From contig CBDCQT010000013.1 of the NCBI GenBank assembly GCA_965220745.1, positions 1,017,339-1,081,338 of the forward strand: 64,000 bases of DNA, given 5' to 3'. Of this stretch, positions 10,061 to 17,881 are shown in pieces. A model generated the notes under the pieces. It was not told where the DNA came from, ran no database searches, and worked only from the letters and a program-made list of their open reading frames with translations. Position numbers and translations under genes: made by a program. This DNA comes from Alphaproteobacteria bacterium. GTDB lineage: Bacteria; Pseudomonadota; Alphaproteobacteria; UBA828. The first letter of the stretch is position 1, and every line of letters starts with the position of its first letter.

Positions 10061-11146
10061 ATGGCTGAATCCCTGCTGGAGCTCGATGGCCTGACCAAGC
10101 GCTTCGGCGAGCACGAGGCCGTGAGCGGGATCGACCTGGAGATCGCGGAGGGCGAGTTCGTCGCGCTCATGGGGCCGTCCGGCTGCGGCAAGACCACGAC
10201 GCTGCGCATGATCGCGGGTCTTGAAGAACCGACGAGTGGCGAGGTGCGGCTCGACGGGGAGCGGGTCAACGAGCGCAAGCCCTGGGAGCGCGACACTCCC
10301 ATGGTGTGGCAGAGCCTCGCGCTCTTCCCCTACCTCAGCGTGCGCGGGAACGTGGAGTTCGGCCTCAAGATGCGCAGCATACCGGCCAGGGAACGCCGCG
10401 CGCGGGCGCTCAAATGGCTGGAGCAGGTGGGCATCGCCGATTACGCGAACCGCAACATCGCGCAGCTCTCCGGCGGCGAGCGGCAGCGGGTGGCGCTCGC
10501 CCGCGCGCTGGTGACCGAGCCGCGCATCCTGCTGCTCGACGAGCCGCTGAGCGCGCTCGACGCCCATCTCAGGGTCCGCATGCAGGCGGAGATCACCGAG
10601 TTGCAGCGCCGGCTCGGCATCACCTTCGTTTACGTCACCCACAACCAGTCCGAAGCCTTCGCCATGGCGAGTCGCGTCGTCATCATGGACGCGGGCCGCA
10701 TCCAGCAGATCGGCGCGCCGCGCGAGGTCTACCGCGCGCCAGCCAACCGCTTCGTCGCCGAGTTCGTCGGCACCAACAACATCATCGAAGGGCGCGTGCG
10801 GACGGCCGAGGGCGGGCGCATCGGCGTGGAGTCGGTCCACGGTGACATCCAGGCCGCCGTGCCGTCGGCGCGCGCGCCGGCCGTGGGCGATTCGGTCAAT
10901 CTGGTGGTGAGCGGCGACCGAGTCGCGCTAAACGCGGAGGCGGAGGCACATAACAACGCCGTCACCGGCACCGTAATCAGCGAGGAGTTCATCGGCTCGG
11001 TGGTGACGCTGCACCTCGATGTCGGCGGCGGCGCGGTGTTTCGCGTCCAGAAGCAGGCGCACGAGCTCGACACGATCGATATCACGCCGGGGCAGACGTT
11101 TCACGTGTCCTGGCGGGCGGAGGATACCTATGTGCTGCCGGCGTGA
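10061..11146 (+). CDS. ABC transporter ATP-binding protein (PotA-like, TOBE domain)
   Basis: GPSGCGKT, LSGGERQR, LLLDEP, YVTH, PANRFVAEF. Confidence 0.93.
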   Translation: MAESLLELDGLTKRFGEHEAVSGIDLEIAEGEFVALMGPSGCGKTTTLRMIAGLEEPTSGEVRLDGERVNERKPWERDTPMVWQSLALFPYLSVRGNVEFGLKMRSIPARERRARALKWLEQVGIADYANRNIAQLSGGERQRVALARALVTEPRILLLDEPLSALDAHLRVRMQAEITELQRRLGITFVYVTHNQSEAFAMASRVVIMDAGRIQQIGAPREVYRAPANRFVAEFVGTNNIIEGRVRTAEGGRIGVESVHGDIQAAVPSARAPAVGDSVNLVVSGDRVALNAEAEAHNNAVTGTVISEEFIGSVVTLHLDVGGGAVFRVQKQAHELDTIDITPGQTFHVSWRAEDTYVLPA

Positions 11147-11179
11147 CCGGAAGGCGCCAGAAACGGGGGAGGGGAGTGC

Positions 11180-12706
11180 ATGTCAATACTGATTGAGGGT
11201 GCCACCATCGTCTCGATGGACCCGGAGCACGGAAGCGAGCCGTTTCAGGGCAACATCCTGATCGAGGGCGAGCGTATCGCCGCTGTTGGCGCGACGGGCG
11301 CCGACGTGGAGGCCGACCGGGTGATCTCCGGCGAGGGCAAGCTGGTGATCCCGGGCCTGATCAACGGCCACATCCACACGCCGGAAGCCTTCGCCAAGGG
11401 ACGCTATGACAACATGCCGCTGGAGCTCTGGATGACGCTCGCCTACGGCATCCTCGGCGCGGCCGAGCTTACGCCACGTATGATCTACCTGCGCTCCGCG
11501 CTTTGCGCCATGGACGCGATCAAGACGGGCGTCACGTTCTTCTCCGACGACATTCTCGAATTCCCGCTGCAGTCCATGGAGACCATCGGCGCGGTGTTCC
11601 AGGCCTACGAGGACGTGGGTTTGCGTGCCTCGATCTCGGGCCACGTGATCAACCGCAAGCTGCCCGACACGATCGTCTACTTGAACGACCTTCTGCCGGG
11701 CGATCTCAAGAGCGAGATCGACGAGATGGTGCCGCCGACGGCGGACGAGTTCACCGCGTTTTGCGAGGAGGCGCTCGGCCTCTATCACAACCGGGCCGGC
11801 CGGCTCCGCTTCATGCCGGCACCCTCCGGCCCCCAGCGCTGCACCGAGCCCCTGATGCACGCCGCCGACGAGTTCGCCCGCGCGAACGGGCTGCCCTTTC
11901 ACACCCACATCCTCGAATCGAAGGTGCAGGCGGTCACCGGCCGCGAGCTCTACGGCAAGACCCTGATCCAGTACATGCACGACCTCGGTCTGCTCACCCG
12001 CAACACGACCATCGCGCACGGCATCTGGCTCACCGACGACGACATCGCGCTGATGGGCGAGGCGCGCTGCTCGGTGGTCCACAACGCGCTCTCCAACCTC
12101 AAGCTCGGCTCCGGCATCTGCGCGGTGCGCCGGCTGCTCGATGCGGGCGTCAATCTCGCGTTGGGCTCCGACGGGTTATCCACCAGCGACACGCCGCGCA
12201 TGTTCAGCGTGATGCAGTGCGCGGGCCTGATGCACAACATCTCATCGCCCGACAACGCCTATTGGCTCGACGCCCACGAGGTGCTGCATGCGGCGACCCT
12301 CGGCGGCGCCTACAGCGTGCTCATGGAGGACGAGATCGGTTCGCTGGAGCCCGGCAAGCGCGCCGACCTGTCAATCCTCGACATGCGGACGGCCAACTTC
12401 ACGCCGCTCAACGACGTGCGCAACCACCTCGTCTATTGCGAGAACGGCTCCTCGGTGGAGACGGTGATCGTCAATGGCGAGATCATGGTGGAGGACGGCG
12501 AACTCACGCGGGTCGACGAGGCGGCGCTGATGGACGAGCTGCGCGACATGATGCCAACGATCCAGGCCGATCAGGAGCGGCTGGAGGCCAAGAACAAGGC
12601 GTTCATCCCGCCGCTCGCCGAGGTCTGGCGCCGCTGCGCCGAGACCGATATCGGCATCAACCGCTGGGGCAGCGACAATCAGCCGCGCTGGCCGACCAAC
12701 CGCTAG
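11180..12706 (+). CDS. Metal-dependent amidohydrolase/deaminase (MtaD/AtzA/TrzA-like)
   Basis: PGLINGHIH, HTHILES, IAHGIW, SNLKLGSG, LGSDG, GSLEPGKRAD. Confidence 0.88.
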   Translation: MSILIEGATIVSMDPEHGSEPFQGNILIEGERIAAVGATGADVEADRVISGEGKLVIPGLINGHIHTPEAFAKGRYDNMPLELWMTLAYGILGAAELTPRMIYLRSALCAMDAIKTGVTFFSDDILEFPLQSMETIGAVFQAYEDVGLRASISGHVINRKLPDTIVYLNDLLPGDLKSEIDEMVPPTADEFTAFCEEALGLYHNRAGRLRFMPAPSGPQRCTEPLMHAADEFARANGLPFHTHILESKVQAVTGRELYGKTLIQYMHDLGLLTRNTTIAHGIWLTDDDIALMGEARCSVVHNALSNLKLGSGICAVRRLLDAGVNLALGSDGLSTSDTPRMFSVMQCAGLMHNISSPDNAYWLDAHEVLHAATLGGAYSVLMEDEIGSLEPGKRADLSILDMRTANFTPLNDVRNHLVYCENGSSVETVIVNGEIMVEDGELTRVDEAALMDELRDMMPTIQADQERLEAKNKAFIPPLAEVWRRCAETDIGINRWGSDNQPRWPTNR

Positions 12707-12738
12707 AGGCACCGGCCGAGCGCGAAGAGGAGGCCGCC

Positions 12739-13539
12739 ATGACCCGCCCGGTGCGTGTCGCGGAGATCGACTGGACCGAGTACGACCGGCGCGTGCGGGA
12801 GGAGCAGCCGGTGGTGATCCTCCCGGTGGGCTCGCTGGAGCAGCACGGGCCCCACCTGCCCATGAACTGCGATGCCGCGATCCCGACCGCGCTTGCAGAG
12901 CGGGTCGCGGCACGCACCGGCGATCTGGTCGCGCCTACCCTCTGCTACGGCTACAAGTCGCAGCCGAAGTCCGGCGGCGGCAACCACTTTCCCGGCACCA
13001 CCAGCCTCGACGGCGAGACCCTGATCCGCATGGTCCGCGATATCGTCAGCGAGTTCGCCCGTCACGGCGTGCGCCGCATGGCGGTGGTGGACGGTCACTA
13101 CGAGAACAACATGTTTTTAGTGGAGGGCATCGACCTCGCCCTGCGCGGGCTCCGGCGTGACGGCATCGACGACATGCGGATCGCCAAGATTCCGTACTGG
13201 GAGTACGTCACCCAGGAGACCATGGACGCCGCCTGGCCCGAGGGCTTCCCCGGATGGCCGCTGGAGCATGCCGGCCTGATGGAAACCTCGGTCATGCTGC
13301 ACCTCTATCCGGAGCTCGTGGACATGACGAAGGCGCCCGGCCACCCGCCGGCCGACTTCCCGCTCTACGATATCTATCCGACGGACACCTCGCGGGTGCC
13401 CTGGACCGGCGCGCTCTCGCCTTCAATCGCCGCGACGGCGGAGAAGGGCGAGCGCTTCGTTGCCGACTACGTGGACGGCATGACCGCCGCGCTGATCCAG
13501 ATCTTCGGGTCGAGGCGCCAGGACATCGCGGCGGAATAG
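12739..13539 (+). CDS. crnA: Creatininase (creatinine amidohydrolase)
   Basis: PVGSLEQHGPH...D, YGYKSQPKSGGGNHFPGTTSLDG, GHYEN, GWPLEHAG..ETS; closely resembles Pseudomonas putida creatininase as I recall it. Confidence 0.9.
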   Translation: MTRPVRVAEIDWTEYDRRVREEQPVVILPVGSLEQHGPHLPMNCDAAIPTALAERVAARTGDLVAPTLCYGYKSQPKSGGGNHFPGTTSLDGETLIRMVRDIVSEFARHGVRRMAVVDGHYENNMFLVEGIDLALRGLRRDGIDDMRIAKIPYWEYVTQETMDAAWPEGFPGWPLEHAGLMETSVMLHLYPELVDMTKAPGHPPADFPLYDIYPTDTSRVPWTGALSPSIAATAEKGERFVADYVDGMTAALIQIFGSRRQDIAAE

Positions 13540-13554
13540 AAGGGGACGCCAGCC

Positions 13555-14520
13555 ATGAGCGAGGGCTTCTACGAGCCGGTCAGCGGCATGGACATGCCGC
13601 GCTTCAGCGCGATGCCGACCTTCATGCGGCTCCCCCACGTCACCGACTTCTCGGCCGTGGACATCGCGCTGGTGGGTGTGCCCTGGGACAACGGCACCAC
13701 CAACCGCGCCGGCGCCCGCCACGGCCCGCGCGAGATCCGCAACATGTCGAGCCTGATGCGGCGCACCCATCACACCCTCGGCATCTGCCCCTACGAGCTT
13801 TGCCGGGTGGCCGACTGTGGTGATGCCAGCATCAACCCGATCGACCTGCACGACACGATCGGGCGCATCGAGCGGTTTTTCACTGACCTGCACGCGGCCG
13901 GCGCGGTGCCGCTCTCCGCCGGCGGCGACCACCTGATCACGCTCCCGATCATGCGCGCCATCGCCAGGGACCGGCCGGTCGGCATGATCCACTTCGACGC
14001 CCATTCCGATACCTGGGACAGCTACTTCGGTGGCTACACGATCACCCACGGCACGCTCTTCCGCCGCGCGGTGGAGGAGGGGCTGCTGGACCCCAAGCGC
14101 ACCATCCAGATCGGCATTCGCGGCTCGGTCTACGACCTTCACGACCTGGACTTCGCGCGCGACTCGGGGATGCGTGTCGTCACCATCGAGGAGTACTTCG
14201 ATGTTGGCTGGGAGAAGGTGATTGCCGAGGCTCGCGCCGTGGTCGGCGACGGCCCGACCTACATCAGCTTCGACGTGGACGGGCTCGATCCGGTCTATGC
14301 GCCGGGCACCGGCACGCCCGAAATCGGCGGCTTCTCCACCCACGAGGCGCAACGGATGCTGCGCGCCACGCGCGGGCTCAACCTGGTGGGCGGCGACGTG
14401 GTGGAGGTGGCGCCGCCCTTCGACCCCAGCGGCAACACGGCGCTGGTGGGGGCGACGATGATGTTCGAAATCCTGTGCGTGTTGGCGGAGGCGGTGGCGG
14501 TGGCCGAGGCCAAGAGCTGA
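13555..14520 (+). CDS. Ureohydrolase (agmatinase / 3-guanidinopropionase GpuA-like)
   Basis: GVPWDNGTTNRAGARHGPR, GGDH, DAHSD, SFDVDGLDP, PGTGTPE. Confidence 0.9.
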   Translation: MSEGFYEPVSGMDMPRFSAMPTFMRLPHVTDFSAVDIALVGVPWDNGTTNRAGARHGPREIRNMSSLMRRTHHTLGICPYELCRVADCGDASINPIDLHDTIGRIERFFTDLHAAGAVPLSAGGDHLITLPIMRAIARDRPVGMIHFDAHSDTWDSYFGGYTITHGTLFRRAVEEGLLDPKRTIQIGIRGSVYDLHDLDFARDSGMRVVTIEEYFDVGWEKVIAEARAVVGDGPTYISFDVDGLDPVYAPGTGTPEIGGFSTHEAQRMLRATRGLNLVGGDVVEVAPPFDPSGNTALVGATMMFEILCVLAEAVAVAEAKS

Positions 14521-14534
14521 CCAGGGAGGGGACC

Positions 14535-15005
14535 ATGGATCACGAAGGCTACATGCGGCGCGCCATCGCGCTCTGCGAAGAGAAGATGGCGGCGGAGAAA
14601 GGCGGCTACTGCGCGACGATCATCGTGCGGGACGACGAGGTGATCGGCGAGGGCTGGAACAACGTGGCCGAGAACAGCGACGCCACCGGCCACTGCGAGA
14701 TCAACGCCATTCGCGACGCCGGCAAGCGCACCCGCAATTGGGACCTCTCCGGCTCGACCCTCTACACGACCTGGGAGCCCTGCGTCATGTGCGCGGCGGC
14801 GATCTGGTGGGCGCGAATCGACCAGGTGTTCTACGGCAATCTCCTCTCCCACGCGGCCGATCTCGGCATCGACCTCGCCGGGCTGGACAAAGAGGTCGCG
14901 ACGCCGAGCGAGCAGCGCGGCCGGCCCTACCGGCGCCTGCTGGGCGACGAGACCTACGCCATGTTCAGGGCGTGGTGGGACAGCGGGGACCGCACAACCA
15001 TTTGA
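14535..15005 (+). CDS. Zn-dependent nucleoside/guanine deaminase (CDA superfamily)
   Basis: DATGHCEINAIR and EPCVMC zinc motifs. Confidence 0.88.
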   Translation: MDHEGYMRRAIALCEEKMAAEKGGYCATIIVRDDEVIGEGWNNVAENSDATGHCEINAIRDAGKRTRNWDLSGSTLYTTWEPCVMCAAAIWWARIDQVFYGNLLSHAADLGIDLAGLDKEVATPSEQRGRPYRRLLGDETYAMFRAWWDSGDRTTI

Positions 15006-15011
15006 TGGCGC

Positions 15012-15040
15012 TTGCACCGCTGGAACGGTCGCGCCATATA
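15012..15040 (+). promoter_or_regulatory. Alphaproteobacterial sigma70-type promoter
   Basis: (C)TTGCAC-17 bp-CATATA upstream of the extended-SD small ORF. Confidence 0.65.
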
Positions 15041-15074
15041 CGACGTGTCGTCAACAACGAAAGGAGGTGATCCA

Positions 15075-15149
15075 GTGTCAGACTGTCCTAAACCGCGATC
15101 GGCGGTCATCGTGAGCTGGGTCTCCCCCTGCGATGGGGCCCACGGCTGA
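15075..15149 (+). CDS. 24-aa small ORF with 17-nt extended Shine-Dalgarno (rreB/rreR-like)
   Basis: GAAAGGAGGTGATCCAG (15059-15075) is the reverse complement of the 16S 3' end and runs into GTG; peptide MSDCPKPRSAVIVSWVSPCDGAHG. Confidence 0.7.
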   Translation: MSDCPKPRSAVIVSWVSPCDGAHG

Positions 15150-15185
15150 CGGTGACGACGCGATCTGCGGATCGCGGATTGACGG

Positions 15186-15216
15186 GGAAGGGCCGCCCCA
15201 GCCGGGCGGCCCTTCC
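15186..15216 (+). terminator. 13-bp GC hairpin closing the small transcript
   Basis: GGAAGGGCCGCCC-cagcc-GGGCGGCCCTTCC; weak U-tract. Confidence 0.65.
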
Positions 15217-15230
15217 AACGTTCCGAGCCC

Positions 15231-15770
15231 ATGACTGACGAAGTACCAGAGGGCGCCACACTCGGTGTCATCCCCGCCGGATTCTGGCGGCGGGTCGCGG
15301 CGTGGGTCATCGACACGATCATCGTGCTGGTGGGCGTCTACCTCGTCGGCTCGTTCCTGTGGCCCGACCTGGTGGAGACCACGACGCGCGTCTCGGAGAG
15401 CGATGGCGCGCGGCTGGAGGTGGTGAGCTATGCGCTCTCCTGGCTCGGCTCCATCGTCTTCGGCATCGCGCTCGGTGTCTACACGGCGCTGCAAGAGAGC
15501 AGTCGGGCCCAGGCGACCGTCGGCAAGCGCATGCTGGGGCTCCGGGTCACGGGTCTCGACGGCGGGCGCATCTCGCAGTTCACGGCGATCCTTCGCTGCT
15601 GGCCGCTCTGGCTCCCCGGCCTTATCAGCATGGTCGAGGGCCTGAATTACGTCGTCGGATTTGCGGCCATCGCCGCCTGCATCACGGTCGCTTTCACCCG
15701 CCGCAAGCAGGGCCTGCACGACATGCTGGCGCGCTGTTTGGTGGTGCGCCGGCCGCCGCGTGTCATATAA
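15231..15770 (+). CDS. RDD family membrane protein
   Basis: AGFWRRVAAWVID, QATVGKRMLGLRV, KQGLHDMLA. Confidence 0.9.
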   Translation: MTDEVPEGATLGVIPAGFWRRVAAWVIDTIIVLVGVYLVGSFLWPDLVETTTRVSESDGARLEVVSYALSWLGSIVFGIALGVYTALQESSRAQATVGKRMLGLRVTGLDGGRISQFTAILRCWPLWLPGLISMVEGLNYVVGFAAIAACITVAFTRRKQGLHDMLARCLVVRRPPRVI

Positions 15771-15772
15771 GG
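15693..15772 (+). repeat. 80-bp direct repeat, copy 1 (RDD 3' end)
   Basis: 78/80 identical to 17711-17790. Confidence 0.95.
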
Positions 15773-15861
15773 AAGGCAGCAGACGGTATGGAGAGCTGGA
15801 GGGTCGTACGCATGGGAGGTAGTGAAGGCAGAGGGGTCCCAGCGGCTATCGAGAAAGGGGG

Positions 15862-15911
15862 TTGACGACGTCACTTTTTTGCTTCACGTTCGTGACCTGA
15901 AAAAGTGACGT
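15862..15911 (+). promoter_or_regulatory. -35 box plus nested palindromic operator of the XRE-IrrE module
   Basis: TTGACG at 15862; ACGTCACTTTTT(15868)-20 bp-AAAAAGTGACGT(15900) perfect inverted repeat enclosing TCACG-tt-CGTGA. Confidence 0.7.
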
Positions 15912-15919
15912 GAGGGAAC

Positions 15920-16555
15920 ATGACCTCAGAGATTGTCCGGGATCCACGCTTGGTTGACCGTAGGCTCCGGCAGGACTTCAGTACCAACCGTCAGACGTTC
16001 ATAGAGATTATTGCGGCCGCAGTCGCTGCGAGAGCGCGATGCACGTCCGACTCGCCGAGGTCGGCCGGCTCGTACTATGCGTGGGCAGAAGCGACAGCGA
16101 GGTTGCGCCAGATATTTCGACCGCAGGGCTGGGGCAGGAGTGATGACGAGGGAATCGAGACAATCGTCAACCACGACAGGCGCCTCAAAATTGCCGCACT
16201 CAGCACAGATGAAGGAACTGCTGATGTCAGCCGCCATCCCAAAAACCGGACGGTAAAAGGACCCGCCTCAGAGAGAGTTGTCCATCTGAACAACCAGCTC
16301 GAGTTTTTTGAGCCTGAAGAGATGGGGCCAGCCGTGGAATCCCAGTATTCCATGTGGTATCTGTGCATCTACGACGATGGCAAAAGAGTTCGGGCCGAAC
16401 TATCAAGACCAATCGAGTTCAAAGGCGGATACGTCACGCGGTTTGGCAAACGTATATTTCTTTTGCAAGACGGCGATTGGGAGAAGGTGATCGTAACTAA
16501 ACCGGATGCCGCAACCATACAAAGCAACTTTGAGATTGATGTGCGCCGCAAGTAG
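15920..16555 (+). CDS. Hypothetical protein, putative toxin/effector partner of the XRE-IrrE protein
   Basis: 211-aa lower-GC ORF with GAGGG RBS, 5 bp upstream of the XRE-IrrE gene; no recognised catalytic motif. Confidence 0.7.
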   Translation: MTSEIVRDPRLVDRRLRQDFSTNRQTFIEIIAAAVAARARCTSDSPRSAGSYYAWAEATARLRQIFRPQGWGRSDDEGIETIVNHDRRLKIAALSTDEGTADVSRHPKNRTVKGPASERVVHLNNQLEFFEPEEMGPAVESQYSMWYLCIYDDGKRVRAELSRPIEFKGGYVTRFGKRIFLLQDGDWEKVIVTKPDAATIQSNFEIDVRRK

Positions 16556-16560
16556 TAATC

Positions 16561-17631
16561 ATGTTCAATCCCTCTCGACTTGCTCTTGCGAGGAAACGCC
16601 GCCGATATACTAAGAAAGGGCTAGCCGAAGCGGTTGGAGTGACTCCGCGTTCAGTCCTGCGTTACGAGGCAGGAAAAATTGCGCCAACTAAAGAAGTAAC
16701 AGCACGCCTTTCTCAAATTCTCGACTTTCCAGAGCAGTTTTTTCGAGACGATGACATTGATGAGTTAAACGCGGAGGCCGCTAGCTTTAGAAGCCTTAGC
16801 TCAATTTCGGCAAGGGATCGAGATTCGGCACTGGCGGCTGGTAGTTTGTCTTTCCTGCTTGCGGACTGGGTATTGGAAAAGTTCGATTTGCCCGAGCCAG
16901 ATTTGCTCGATCTTGGCGGTGACACACCGGAAATCGCTTCGCGATCATTGCGGGAATATTGGGGCCTCGGAGAGCGGCCCATCAGCAATATGATACATCT
17001 ATTGGAAGCAAAGGGGGTGCGACTGTTTTCAATAGCAGAAAATACCGCTACTGTTGATGCGTTCTCGGTCTGGAGAGGAGAAACACCGTATATATTTCTG
17101 AATACAATGAAGACAGGGGAACGGAGTCGATATGACGCCGCGCATGAACTGGGGCACCTAGTGTTGCATCGCGAAGGCGGAACCAAAGGGCGAGCGGCCG
17201 AACATGAGGCAAATAATTTTGCGTCAGCTTTCTTGCTACCAGAGGCTGATATCATAGCTACTCTACCTCGCGTTCATACGCTCAATCAGGTCATAGAAGC
17301 AAAAAAGAGATGGTCTGTATCGGTTATGGCTCTTTTGCACCGACTAAGGCGGCTGGAGATAATGTCGGATTGGCAATATCGGATGTTTTGCATTGACGCG
17401 ACACGCCTTGGATACAGGCGCGCTGAACCATTTGGGATTGGCAGAGAGCGTTCAGTCGTGTGGCAAAAAGTGTTGACCATGTTGTGGAACGAGCGTGTTA
17501 CGAAAGCCGATATTGCAGAAGGTCTGCACATCACCCCCGATGAGGCTGAAAACCTTTTGTTCGGACTTACAGGTCAGCCGACCGGGGAACGGGTGGCCGA
17601 AGTCGACTCTGCCGTGAGGTTGGTTCAGTAA
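16561..17631 (+). CDS. XRE HTH fused to ImmA/IrrE Zn-metallopeptidase
   Basis: N-terminal HTH (LAEAVGVTPRSVLRYEAG), FRSL, LLEAKGV, AAHELGHLVLH, EANNFASAFLLP. Confidence 0.92.
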   Translation: MFNPSRLALARKRRRYTKKGLAEAVGVTPRSVLRYEAGKIAPTKEVTARLSQILDFPEQFFRDDDIDELNAEAASFRSLSSISARDRDSALAAGSLSFLLADWVLEKFDLPEPDLLDLGGDTPEIASRSLREYWGLGERPISNMIHLLEAKGVRLFSIAENTATVDAFSVWRGETPYIFLNTMKTGERSRYDAAHELGHLVLHREGGTKGRAAEHEANNFASAFLLPEADIIATLPRVHTLNQVIEAKKRWSVSVMALLHRLRRLEIMSDWQYRMFCIDATRLGYRRAEPFGIGRERSVVWQKVLTMLWNERVTKADIAEGLHITPDEAENLLFGLTGQPTGERVAEVDSAVRLVQ

Positions 17632-17632
17632 T

Positions 17633-17788
17633 TCCACGCTCTTCGGGGAGATTGTTGGATTCGGTTTCCCGACAGGCTTCGCCGCTATCACGGCCTGCCT
17701 GACCGTCGCCTTCACCCGCCGCAAGCAGGGCCTGCACGACATGCTGGCGCGCTGTTTGGTAGTGCGCCAGCCGCCGCGTGTCATATAA
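17633..17788 (+). pseudogene. 3' remnant of a second RDD paralogue
   Basis: Start-less frame STLFGEIVGFGFPTGFAAITACLTVAFTRRKQGLHDMLARCLVVRQPPRVI* aligns with the RDD C-terminus. Confidence 0.85.
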
Positions 17789-17790
17789 GG
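17711..17790 (+). repeat. 80-bp direct repeat, copy 2
   Basis: 78/80 identical to 15693-15772. Confidence 0.95.
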
Positions 17791-17881
17791 GGCGCGCGGA
17801 GGGCACTCGCACCCGCCGGGCTTTTGCGCCATGATCGCGCGCCGGTGAGCGGAGGAGTCGCCGGGGGCAGGGGGCGAAGAT

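Noticed and set aside
11503-13539. Long N-terminal extensions on creatininase, and likewise on PotC, BCCP, TVP38, MutL, LspA, IleS and HyuB
   Set aside because: Arg/Gly/Ala-rich alternative-frame sequence overlapping the upstream gene, a high-GC artefact; proper starts with RBS or coupling exist
15059-15075. Match to the 16S rRNA 3' end as an rRNA gene fragment
   Set aside because: Similarity stops after 17 nt and sits exactly at an RBS position between a promoter and a small ORF
15693-17790. Prophage/ICE attL-attR or IS target duplication
   Set aside because: No integrase, transposase or terminal inverted repeats; homology extends as a diverged coding remnant
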